This document shows, piece after piece, positions 1-10,915 of a stretch of DNA of 64,000 nt. The translations under genes and the position numbers were made by a program. Numbering within the stretch: position 1 is the first letter of the stretch; every line of letters begins with the position of its first letter. This DNA comes from Octopus sinensis (taxonomy: Eukaryota): positions 40,362,001-40,426,000 of the forward strand of contig NC_043001.1 of the NCBI RefSeq assembly GCF_006345805.1, written 5' to 3'. A model generated the notes under the pieces. It was not told the DNA's origin. It was given only the letters and a program-made list of their open reading frames with translations, and did no database searches.

Positions 1-330
1 AATACAATGCTCCAAATGCAACAACCACTACATCAGTAGCACAACACAACCACTCCACATCCAAATTAAGGAGCATCTCACAATCAACATGTCCTTCTGC
101 AAACACCTGACCAGATGTGGCAACACCACCAAGGAGATAGATGCCTCCATACTAGCTTCTGAGAATAACACCAGTAATTTACTTTGGAGAGCGACTGCTG
201 CTGTTACATAAACACAAGGGAATTTGAATGGGTTAATGGAACCTACATAATCGGACTTTTCTTCTGATGATGGACCTTTGTGCCTGAAATATAAAAGTTT
301 TATTAAACTTTCTACATTGTCAGAAGCTTT
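1..330 (+). mobile_element. Penelope-like element remnant (GIY-YIG endonuclease end and 3' tail), truncated by window edge
   Basis: Frame from base 2 reads IQCSKCNNHYISSTTQPLHIQIKEHLTINMSFCKHL, matching the C-x2-C...YIG-x-T...RIxEH pattern of Penelope GIY-YIG endonucleases; followed by a CTGATGATGG...CCTGAAA tail. Confidence 0.6.
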
Positions 331-977
331 CTATTTTATCTTATACACACACACATATATATAATAAGATTTTCAGGATTCGAAAGAATCAGGTATTTAA
401 ATGGTAAAAGCACCTAGGTAGAGTCAGGGATAGCATACCTGTGTACCAACAGTGTGTACTGATATATATGTACTTATAAGTAAATATGGATTTGTCCTTT
501 CAGTTACAGATACATCCACAACTAGTGACTGAATATACAATAAGTCATCAGAGTCACACAGGTATACTCACTGTACATACTCTACAGTTGACTACAGACT
601 CCAGATCCAAACTTATGGAAGGTTCTGAGTTAGGTGAAGAATAAACAATAACATAGCTGGGTTGTGGTTCACTACAGCTGTTTCAGACATGTTCTTTATT
701 GATGAACAAAAGTGTTACATTATGCAAAAAAATTTTTTTATTCAGGTGAATAAAGAGAAAATTTAACAATTAGAACTTCTCACAAAACCTTTTTTCTTTG
801 TAAGACAAACTCAACAAACCCAGTTATGGCTCGGAGTGTGAATAGCGGAAACTGTTGTATTTTCTCTTTATTCTACAGAGACATATATAATCTACTATTC
901 CATGATGGTAAGCTCAAACAAAAGATGTACTCCATATATATATATACATTTTTACAAACATACATACGTACGTATAT

Positions 978-2222
978 ATCAGGTCATTAAGAATGAAATG
1001 TCAGATTTTTTTATGCACCAATTTGACAGTCATTAACTTTAAAGTTTCATCCTGACAATTTTTTGTTCTACAACACTGAAGAGTTACATCATCACTCTTT
1101 GAAATGCAATTCATGGTGTCTGATTATATTGTGAATTATCTTTTGTATATCAATTTTTGTGAACCCATGGATAGATCAAAAATTCGTGTAGTTCATGAAT
1201 ATGAGCTTCGCTGTGGAACCAATGTATCCTAGACAGCTCAAAGCATCAATGAGGTGTTTGAAGATGTGGTGAATGAGTATACTGTACATAGGTAGTTTGA
1301 GAAGTTCCACTCTGGTGATTTTATTCTTGAAAATCAGCCCCATGGTAGACATGAGACCAAGGTGGAAAATGATGAGTTGGAAACTGTAATGGAAGCGGAT
1401 ACATCTCAAACTATGTGTGAGTTAGCAGCAAGGTTTGACGTATCAATTCTAACTGTACTGGACCATCTGAAACAAATTGGCAAGGTAGAGAAGCTGGACA
1501 AGCGGATACCACATGAACTGAATGACATGTGGTCTTGAAACTTGCTGTTCTTTGCTGTCACAGCATAAAAGCAAACCATGTTGGCATCGTATTGTTATGT
1601 GTGATGAAAAATTGATTATTTTCAACAATAGCAAACATTCTGCATGGTGGTTGGATAGAGAAGTGCCAAAACACAATCCAAAAAAGAATATTCACCAAAA
1701 TCAAGCTAATGGTGTCTGCTTGGTGGTCCAATGCTGGTGTCAACCACTACAGCTCCATGAGACTTGATAAGTCAATTACAGCAGATGTATACATCAATCA
1801 ACTGGATGAAATGATGAGTGAACTTGCAATTAAACAACTGAGACTGGTCAATAGAGACAAGACAATGCTCAACCACATGTTGCACAAAGAACACTACTCA
1901 ATTTACAGCAACTGAACTTGGAAGTACATCCACCATATTCATCACACCTTGCACCAACTGACTATCACATTTTCCAGATATTTGGCAACATTTTGCAAAG
2001 ACAAAACTTCAAATCTGAAGAAGATGCGAAAACAGCCTTTTGTGATTTCATCACCTCTTGCCCTCCAGAACTCTTGACTGCCGGCATAGATAAGCTACCA
2101 ATAAAATGGCAAAATCGTGTTGATAATTTAGGTGCATACTTTGATTAACTGCATTGCTTTTTGTTGAGATGAAGTAAAATAAACTTTCATTTCAAATCAC
2201 ACATTTCATTGTTTATTCACAT
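978..2222 (+). mobile_element. Decayed mariner (DD34D) DNA transposon with transposase pseudogene (~1167-2148)
   Basis: Fragments MDRSKIRV..., RIVMCDEK, WWSNAGVNHY and HPPYSSHLAPTDYHIFQ...LPIKWQNRVDNLGAYFD are mariner transposase motifs broken by stops and frameshifts; degenerate inverted ends near 978-1008 and 2193-2222. Confidence 0.9.
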
Positions 2223-2261
2223 ATTTACATATATGCCTTTATACATATACGTATGTATAAT

Positions 2262-2307
<46 letters not shown>

Positions 2308-2392
2308 ATATATATAATAGCAACTGTTTTATCGAAAGCGTATCTTGTTGTTAAATGCTCAAAATCCGAGTGTAGAAAACCAGCCAACAACT

Positions 2393-3072
2393 GATATGGT
2401 CATGTACTATGGATGGATGAGGAGAGCTGTGTGAAGAAGTGCCACTCCCAAACAGTGGAAGGAATCGAGGGTAGAGGGAGACCCAGGAAGACATGGGATG
2501 AGGAGGTGAAGCATGACCATCGAACATTGGGCTTCACAAAGACAATGACAAAAGATTGAAACCTCTAGAGATATGCTGTGACTGAGAAGACCCGGCAAAT
2601 AAAGTAGTTCGCAGCCATAACATACACCAGTGTCACATAACCAGCCCACTCAAAAGTACCTTGGATCATAGGGCGACATGCCATGCTTGAGGAGACTTAT
2701 TGAGTCAAGTACAGCAAAATCAAAATCAAATGGAAACTGTAGTTGTGAACCCCATGACGGTGGCATGCAAAAAGCAGTGTCCAAACGTGACAGATGCCAG
2801 CACTGCCGTGACTGGCTTCCGTGCCAGTGGCATGCAAAAAGCACCAGCCTATCATGGTCATTGCCAGCCCCCACTGGCCTCTGTGCTGGTGGCACATAAA
2901 AAGCACCGACTACACTCTCAGAGTGGTTGGCATTAGGAAGGGCATCCTGCTGCAGAAACACTGCCAGATCAGACTGGAGCCTGGTGCAGCCTCCTGGCTT
3001 CCCAGACCCCAGTCAGTCCGTCCAACCCATGCCAGCATGGAAAATGGACGTTAAGCGATGATTATTATATGA
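2393..3072 (+). mobile_element. 5'-truncated RTE-clade LINE: ORF C-terminus plus long 3' UTR ending in (GAT)n
   Basis: GGTAGAGGGAGACCCAGGAAGACATGGGATGAG encodes GRGRPRKTWDE; the downstream UTR (TTAGGAAGGGCATCC...CCAACCCATGCCAGCATGGAAAA) recurs many times in the window. Confidence 0.8.
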
Positions 3073-3715
3073 TTGAACGCCACACATCCTCTTCCAAGTA
3101 AGTTTTATCTTGATAATTCTGATGCGCACTCTATACTATCTTTTTACTCTTACATTTTTCTCTCTCTTATTGTTTTACCTTCTCTTCTCCCACTATTCTA
3201 TCCTATTACTTTGTCACTATCTCTCCTTCACTCTTTCTCCCTTGCTCACGTGACTCCCATGTGACCATCAGCCATCTTTCTTTCTTCTCCTAATTTGTAT
3301 TTCTTTCTTTCCTTCTCTCCGTTATAGCTGGAACAAGGAACACGTGTTCTTGTCTGTCTCACGTCCAAGCTGGATTTATTTGTTTGCCACCACAACCACA
3401 TTTAGGCTTAGCAGCCCTTCTTGTTTGTTTCCACTGTCCTGTTTGTGTTACCAATTTTGACCCTCCACAAAATACCAAATTTTATTTAATTTGCTTCACA
3501 GAAGCAACTGTTTAATCTACAGCATATCTTGTTGTTAAATGCTTGAAATACTAGAGTAGAAAAACAGCCAACAACTGATGAAGGGTCGTTCTTTATGTTG
3601 TTTGTCTTGTTTTCCATTTGTGTGTTTCATTGTTCGAAAAAATAGTTCATATTCCAATTACTCATCCTTCATATTTTTTGTTCTACACATTTCGTGACGT
3701 CCTGTGCTCACATAT

Positions 3716-3836
3716 GCATATATATATATATATATATGTAAAAATACATAGATAATTATGTACATATACATATGTATATATGCATATACATATACATATG
3801 TGGTATATATATATATATATATATATATACATTATT

Positions 3837-3888
<52 letters not shown>

Positions 3889-3979
3889 TATTTATATTAT
3901 ATATATATATATATATATACATTATTTATATTATATATATATATTCTTTATATATATATATATATATATATACATTATT

Positions 3980-4019
<40 letters not shown>

Positions 4020-4034
4020 TATTTATATTGTATA
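3716..4034. repeat. Compound (TA)n microsatellite with recurring ACATTATTTATATT spacer
   Basis: Seen directly; source of the spurious YIYI ORFs. Confidence 0.95.
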
Positions 4035-5289
4035 CAGGGTGGGGAAGCAAAATTTACAACATTTTGAGGCAGGGATTGAAAGACAGTGTATGACTAATTA
4101 GTTTATTGAGAGTCATGAGAATTTATTTGCCACAAGAAAATTTACATAATAGAAAACGTTCTTATTCTATGTGTCCCCCTTCTTTCACAATAACTGCCTT
4201 CACACACTTCCTGAAACTTGCACAAGTGTTCCTCAAATATTCAGGAGACAACTTCTCCCATTCTTCTTTAATAGTATCTTTAAGAGACTTGACATTGCTG
4301 CGTAATGTTCTATTGGTAGAATGTTCTAAAACGCCCCTATTAGCATAATCCAGAGGTTCTAGATCTGGACTAGAAGGCGGCCATAAACATGATTCCAAAG
4401 AATTGCTAAAGTTGGATTTGCAGAAATCTTGTATTTTTCTAGCTGTGTGGGCTGGAGCACCATCCTGTGTCCATACATAAATACCATCTGCGTAGTTTGC
4501 TTTAAGCCATGGCAAAACTGGTATCTCAGAGTCTTGTAGTAAGTATTAACATTGATCTTTTCATCAGCTTTGTAGAATTTTATAGGCATTTTCTTTCCAT
4601 CGGAAGCCACAACACCAAAAGCCATAACTTGAGCAGGATGTTTTATTTTGAATGTCCACTTAACCTCAGCTGTTGATTTAGTAATAAATCTGTCGTTTCT
4701 GCAGATCAGAACAGCACCAACAGTGAAGATCTTTTCATCTGAAAAGATCGTTACAATGGAGGACTTTTTCTTGGACTATGTAATAATTTTCTTGCACCTT
4801 ACCAATGTCTTTTCCTTTATAACTGTTGTCAACAAGTGTTTTGGTATTCTTGTGATTTTAACCTCAAATCATATTTTATTGCATTTCTAATGGTCTTGTT
4901 GTCTACCTCAAGTTCAATTGCCATTTTTCTCATGGATTTGAGAGCTTTAATAAAAGCTTTGGTACGTTTTTTGTTCATTCCTCCACTTCCAGACATCCTC
5001 GTAATAGTTTTGCTCATAGTCATTCTATTCTTTACATTATAAACAGTCTTTATGGACACTCCAACTATTCTTGAAATCTCCTTTGGTGTGACGAGTGCTT
5101 TCAGCAAACTACACACTCTTTGACGTTTGCTTTCCTGATTACTCATATGAGCAAAAGTTTCTGTAAAGGTAAGGATAATAGTGTTAGGTATGAATATGAC
5201 ATCAATATATACTAGGTTTCAAAACAAATGACTTAGTGCCTGCTGAGAAAAAACAACTTAACGTTCATTGTAAATTTTGCTTCCCCACC

Positions 5290-5292
<3 letters not shown>
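4035..5292 (-). mobile_element. Tc1/mariner-superfamily DD37D (maT/mori-like) transposon with both ends intact and a frameshifted transposase (5146-4162)
   Basis: Perfect 25-bp TIRs CAGGGTGGGGAAGCAAAATTTACAA at 4035-4059 and 5268-5292, flanked by TA. Motifs IFSDEK, QDGAPAH and WPPSSPDLEPLDY, with 37 residues between the 2nd and 3rd catalytic Asp; ends GGHIE*. Confidence 0.95.
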
Positions 5293-5338
<46 letters not shown>

Positions 5339-5356
5339 TATACATTATTTTCTATC

Positions 5357-5565
5357 TCTTTTTACTCTTTTACTTGTTTCAGTCATTTGACTGTGGCCAT
5401 GCTAGAGCACCGCCTTTAGTCGATCAAATTGACCCCAGGACTTATTCTTTGTAAGCTTAGTACTTATTCTATCGGCCTCTTTTGTCGAACCGCTAAGTTA
5501 CGGGGACGTAAACACACCAGCATCGGTTGTCAAGTGATGTTGGGGGGACAAACACACACACACAT
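5357..5565 (-). mobile_element. 3' half of tRNA-derived CORE-like SINE (split by a LINE insertion)
   Basis: Reverse complement of the SINE tail seen at ~33570-33750 (...GTAACTTAGCGGTTC...GGTGCTCYAGCATGGCCACAGTCAAATGACTGAAACAAGTAAAAG). Confidence 0.85.
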
Positions 5566-5574
5566 ATATATATG

Positions 5575-7090
5575 TGTAAGCATGCCCTGGCAAAACCCCT
5601 CAAGATTCTCTTCCAGAGTTTTCTTACAAATGGCAAACTGCCAAGGAAGCTGAAGGAGGGAATAATATGCCCAATACATAAAGGGAGAAGTAGAGCAGAT
5701 GCCAAAAACTATAGGCCTATCTCTCTGACTTCACACATCAGCAAAGTCATGGAACGGATAGTCAGAAAGAAACTAATCGCTTTTACAACATTATGACTGG
5801 GTGTTGAGGCAGTTACTCAACAAATCAAATGTGGATGTAATCAACCTTGATTTTGCAAAAGCTTTTGACAAGGTGGATCATAGTATAATATGCCACAAAC
5901 TGCGTGACCTCGGCATGGTTGGAAAACTTGGAGTGTGGTTACACGACTTCCTGAAAGATAGGAGTCAAGCAGTAGTGGTTAATGGAGGCACCTCTATGAA
6001 CACACAAATAGTGAGCAGTGTTCCACAGGGCACTGTCTTGGGACCACTGCTTTTTATAGTGGCCCTCTCAGATATGCCCTGAAATGCCCGGATAGCCACT
6101 CTGGCAAGCTATGCAGACGATACGAAAGTCTCAAAGAAAATACAGAACCCCAGTGATGTTGCACACCTGCAACAGGAGTTGGACTCAATCTACAGATGGG
6201 CTGAGGATAATAATATGCAGCTTAATTCTGAAAAATTCCAGGCCCTGCGCTACCAGCATCCAAAACTGAATATTAAACTTACAGGGTACACCGGTCCACA
6301 GGGAATTTCAATCCCAGAGCCTAAGTCTGTGAGGGACCTGGGTATCGACATGAGTGATGATACCTCTTTCCAAGTGCACATTACCAGGATGGCGACAAAG
6401 TTCAGACAACTGGCTGGATGGATCCTAAGAACATTCAGAACCAGAGATAAGGAAACCATGATGGTCCTCTGGCGGATATTCGTCCTCAGCTGCCTGCATT
6501 ACTGCTCACAGCTATGGTCACCCACCAGTGTGAAATTAACAGTGGACCTTGAAGCAATCCAGAGAAGATTCACAAAGAAGATCGTCTCTTTGCAACAGCT
6601 CAGCTACTGGGAAAGGTTGAAACAGTTAAGACTCTACTCCCTGGAGAGAAGATGGGAGAGGTATGCAGTAATATATATATCTGGAAGATCCTGGAAGGAA
6701 TTGTGCCAAATTTTGGCATTGTAAGCTACGCCAATGCTAGAACGGGATGACACTGCATAGTGCCAAAGATCCCAGCAATGCCATCATGCTTCAGGACCAG
6801 CTTCTGCAACAACCTGGGTTTCAAGGGCCCACAGTTTTTTAATATCCTCCCAAAGAGTCTGAGGAACTTGCACAAAGTAGATGTAGCAGTTTTTAAATCA
6901 AAGCTGAACATCTTCCTGTCGAGAGTCCCAGATGAACCAACCTCACAGCAAGAGGTGCAAATGAGGGTAGCTATATCAAACTCCATTCTTCACCAAGTGC
7001 CACATATTAGAGGAGGCTCTTAGTAATAACAGTGTAGCACAAAACAGCAGTGCATCAGCATGACCACAGCTCTGAGCTGAAACAAGAAAA
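5575..7090 (+). mobile_element. 5'-truncated CR1/L2-group LINE (reverse transcriptase pseudogene with 3' tail)
   Basis: RT motifs NYRPISLTS, LDFAKAFDKVDH, VPQGTVLGPLLF, YADDTK (~6110) and YCSQLWSP...LYSLERR, interrupted by stops and indels. Confidence 0.92.
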
Positions 7091-7103
7091 ACGAATATAC
7101 ATA

Positions 7104-7272
7104 TATACGACGGGCTTCTTTCAGTTTCCGTCTACCAAATCCACTCACAAGGCTTTGGTCGGCCCGAGGCTATAGTAGAAGACACTTGCCCAAGGTGCCA
7201 CGCAGTGGGAATGAACCCGGAACCATGTGGTTTGTAAGCAAGCTACTTACCACACAGCCACTCCTACACCTA
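7104..7272 (-). mobile_element. 5' half (tRNA-like head and CORE-like domain) of the SINE split by the LINE
   Basis: Reverse complement reads GGAGTGGCTGTGTGGTAAG (A-box-like)...GGGTTCATTCCC (B-box-like)...GGCACCTTGGGCAAGTGTCTT; same as copies at 33040 and 33397. Confidence 0.88.
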
Positions 7273-7773
7273 TACATATATATATATTATTTATATTATA
7301 TATACATATATATAATATATATATACATATATATTATTCATATTATATATACATATATATTATTTATATTATATATATATATACATATATATTATTTATA
7401 TTTATATATATACATATTTATATCATATATGCATATATATTATTTATATCGTATATATATATACATATTTATATTATATATGCATATATATTATTTATAT
7501 CATATAGGCATATACATTATTTATATTATATACACATATATATATTATTTATACTATATATATATATACACACACATATATACATATATATATATATATA
7601 CATACACATATATATATACATACACATATATATACACATACATATATACATACATATATACATACATACATATGTATATATATATATATACATACATATT
7701 ATTTATATACATACAAATATATTCATCATCATCATCGATTGACGTCCGCTTCCCATGCTAGCATGGGTTGGAC

Positions 7774-7809
<36 letters not shown>

Positions 7810-7915
7810 AATATATTATTTATATATATATATATAAGGTAAACTTACTTGGAAATGGATGCCTGGCATTCAATCAAGTAATAATATAAATAATATATAT
7901 ATATATATATATATA
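7273..7915. repeat. Long TA/TACA-rich compound microsatellite
   Basis: Seen directly. Confidence 0.9.
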
Positions 7916-8096
7916 TTCTCTCTGTTTATTTTCTCATGTTCTATTCTCCTGAAGAGCATACGCTCGAAATGTAAAAGACTTTCTCACCTTCCTGAGCATT
8001 AAACTAATACACCTATTCGTTGTTTACACACCTGTCTTCGTGTTTTGTTGTTTGTAAATTCTAACAATATATATATATATATTCTATTTTATTATT

Positions 8097-8433
8097 TTCT
8101 TTTACTCTTTTACTTGCTTTAGTCATTTGACTGTGGCCATGCTGGAGCACTGCTTTTAGTCGAACCAATCAACCCCAGGACTTATTCTATCAGTCTCTTT
8201 TGCCTAACCGCTAAGTTACAGGGACATAAACACACCCACATCGATTGTCAAGTGAAGGGGAGAGACAAGCACAGACACAACTACATATATATATACACAC
8301 AAACACACATATATATATATACGACAGGCTTCCTTCCGTTTCTGTCTGCCAAATTCACTCACAAGGCTTTGGTAGGCCACACAGTGGAACTGAACCCAGA
8401 ACCATGTCGTTGGGAAAGAAGCCACTCCTGCAC
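8097..8433 (-). mobile_element. tRNA-derived CORE-like SINE copy with internal deletions
   Basis: Head (reverse of GCCACTCCTGCACC) and tail (reverse of CAGTCAAATGACT) match the other copies. Confidence 0.85.
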
Positions 8434-8564
8434 CTATATATATGTGTGTATATACATATATATGTATACATACATATATATATATATATATACAAATACA
8501 TATGTATATATATATACATACATATATATATATATACACACACACACATACATATACATACATG

Positions 8565-9088
8565 ATTTCATTATGCAATATTTTAATAAGGAAAAGCAAT
8601 AGAAAACTCCAGCTAAGTCACAAGTATTCACTCACAATCAACTTTTATTTCCTGTCTAACAAGTGTTCAATGTGGCCACCACCTGCTGCACTGGCAACAT
8701 CAATGTGTTGAAAGAATTCCTCCTAGATGAATATCAGCATATCACGATCCACTGAGTACTTCTTCTGCTGTCTAGTTGAATGCTTTATTGAAGTTTTTCC
8801 ATTTCCCTTCTATGTTAATATCTTCTGGAACCGCCTTAAGCAAAGCAAATTTATTCTTTAGTCCCATAATGAACTTACTTTTGATATGCTGATATGCATC
8901 TGAGGGGAATTCTCTTATCGCATTGATGTTGCCCGTGCTGCAGGTGGTGATTACATTGAACACTGGTAAGACAGGAAATAAAAGTTGAGTGTGAGTAAAT
9001 ACTTGTGACTTAACTGGAGTTTTCTATTGCTTTTCCTTATCAAAATATTGCGTAATGAAATTGGTTCATTCTTTTCGAATAACCCTAA
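8565..9088. mobile_element. Fold-back non-autonomous Tc1/mariner-superfamily element with ~180-bp inverted arms
   Basis: 8565-8744 is an imperfect reverse complement of 8882-9061; each arm encodes a transposase C-terminus (EFSYRIDVARAAGGDYIEHW* and EEFFQHIDVASAAGGGHIEHL). Confidence 0.85.
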
Positions 9089-9254
9089 TATATATACATA
9101 CATAAACACATATATGCATATTATACACATACAGGCATATTATATGCATACATATATATATATATACGTAAATATAAGAGAGTTAACGTTAAATTATTAA
9201 ATTAATATCTAATTTTTCACCCTCATTTATGAATATATATATATATATGGTAAT

Positions 9255-10915
9255 TACTGATATCATCAAAATAAAAGAAACAGATGTAATATCAGCCATT
9301 GATGAAATTAGCTCAAACTCAGCCAAAGGCCCTGAGGGATTCTCAGCAATCCTAAAGAAATGCAAAAGGACTCTAGCAAGACCACTATAGATCCTCTTTC
9401 AGAGCTTCCTTGCAACTGGGAGACTTCCTAAAAAGTTAACGCATAATATGGGAAGGCATATGTTCTATCCATAAGGGAAGTAGCAGAGCAGATACTAAAA
9501 ATTATAGATCTGTGTCTCTAATCTCTAGTGTCAGCAAAATCATGGAATGCATTATCAGGAGGAAACTGAGTGCATTCCTTGAAGATAATGACTCGCTCCC
9601 TGATGCCCAGCATGGCTTCTGCTCAGGAAGAAGCTGCCTTACAGCTTTTGACCGGGTGTTGAAACAGTTAATGAATCACTCAAGCATGGATGCGATATAT
9701 TTTGATTTTGCAAAGGCCTTTGATAAGGTTGTTCATGGGATTATATTTCACTGGCAACAGAGATTCAGCATAGTTGGAAAACAGGGAGAGTGGGTATATG
9801 ACTTCTTAAAAGACAGAAGCCAGGCTATGACAGCCAATGGAGCCCTCTCCAAGGAGATAGTAATAGAGAGTGGAGTGCCTCAAAGAACTACTTTGGGGTC
9901 ACTGCTGTTAATGGTATCTCTTTCAGACATACCATCAGTTACACAGACAGGCACACTTACCAACCATACTAATGACACAAAAAATAGTACAAGTAGTCAA
10001 GTAACTTTTTGATGCTAATCTTCTACAGAAAGACTTAGATGCTATAGATAGATGGGCTGAAGAAAACAACATGTAATTTTATGGAAGAAAATTCCAAGCC
10101 CTTCGCTATGAGCCAGCTGGTGTTCACATGCCACAACAATGATACTTTGAACCAAAATGAACAGCAATCCCAGAGTCATAGATAGTGTGTGATCTGGGGA
10201 CTGATATGAGCAATGATGCTTTGCTTCACATACATATCACCAAGATGGTGACAATGTGCAAGCAAATGGCTGGATGCATTTTGAAAACCTTCAGAACACG
10301 GGACTAAGAAACTATGCTGGTTCTCTGGAGGACATTTGTACTCAGCAGTCTGGTCTACTACTCTCAATTGTGGTTACCCCCAGAGTGTGAAATTTATAGT
10401 GGAACTTGAGGTAGTTCAGCAGTGCTACATCAATGGAATATTTAAGCCACTGGGAGAGATTGAGCTATGACTCTACTCCCTGGAGTAAAGATGGGATAGG
10501 TATGCAATGATATATGTATGGAAGATCCTGGAGGAATTGACACCAAACTTTGGCATTGAGAGCTATACCAGTCCCCCACTTCTGAACTGGACGTCACTGC
10601 ACTGTTCCAAAGGCTCTAGGTATCCCATTTAGAATGAGGATCATATATTGCAGTAACTTGGGATTCAAGGGCCTATTGATATTTAATGCCTTGCCAAAAC
10701 ATCTGAGGGAACATCATGAAGTAGGGGTAGATGTTTTCAAAATGAACTCCAGTTGTCTTAGGTCCTAGATGAACCTACATCACAGCAGGAAACTCAAAAG
10801 AAGGCAGTTATGTCGAACTCCCTCCTTCACCAAAAGCCAATTGCCTAGGAATGACCATTGAAAAGTTGATTACATAGCCCCATCATGGCTGCAGCCTTAG
10901 GACTGACACTTTTAA
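9255..10915 (+). mobile_element. Second, more decayed CR1/L2-group LINE related to 5575-7090
   Basis: QHGFCSGRSCLT, YFDFAKAFDKV and SGVPQRTTLGSLL motifs; collinear with the first copy through the 3' tail. Confidence 0.9.

Noticed and set aside
3828-4030. Periodic ACATTATTTATATT units separated by variable (TA)n, superficially CRISPR-like
   Set aside because: Spacers are pure TA repeats, the context is eukaryotic and there are no cas genes; this is a slippage-derived minisatellite.
3758-4101. ORFs rich in YIYI/THTH/CVCV (also 7186-7761, 8216-8711, 42015-42459)
   Set aside because: Translations of TA/TG microsatellites, not genes.
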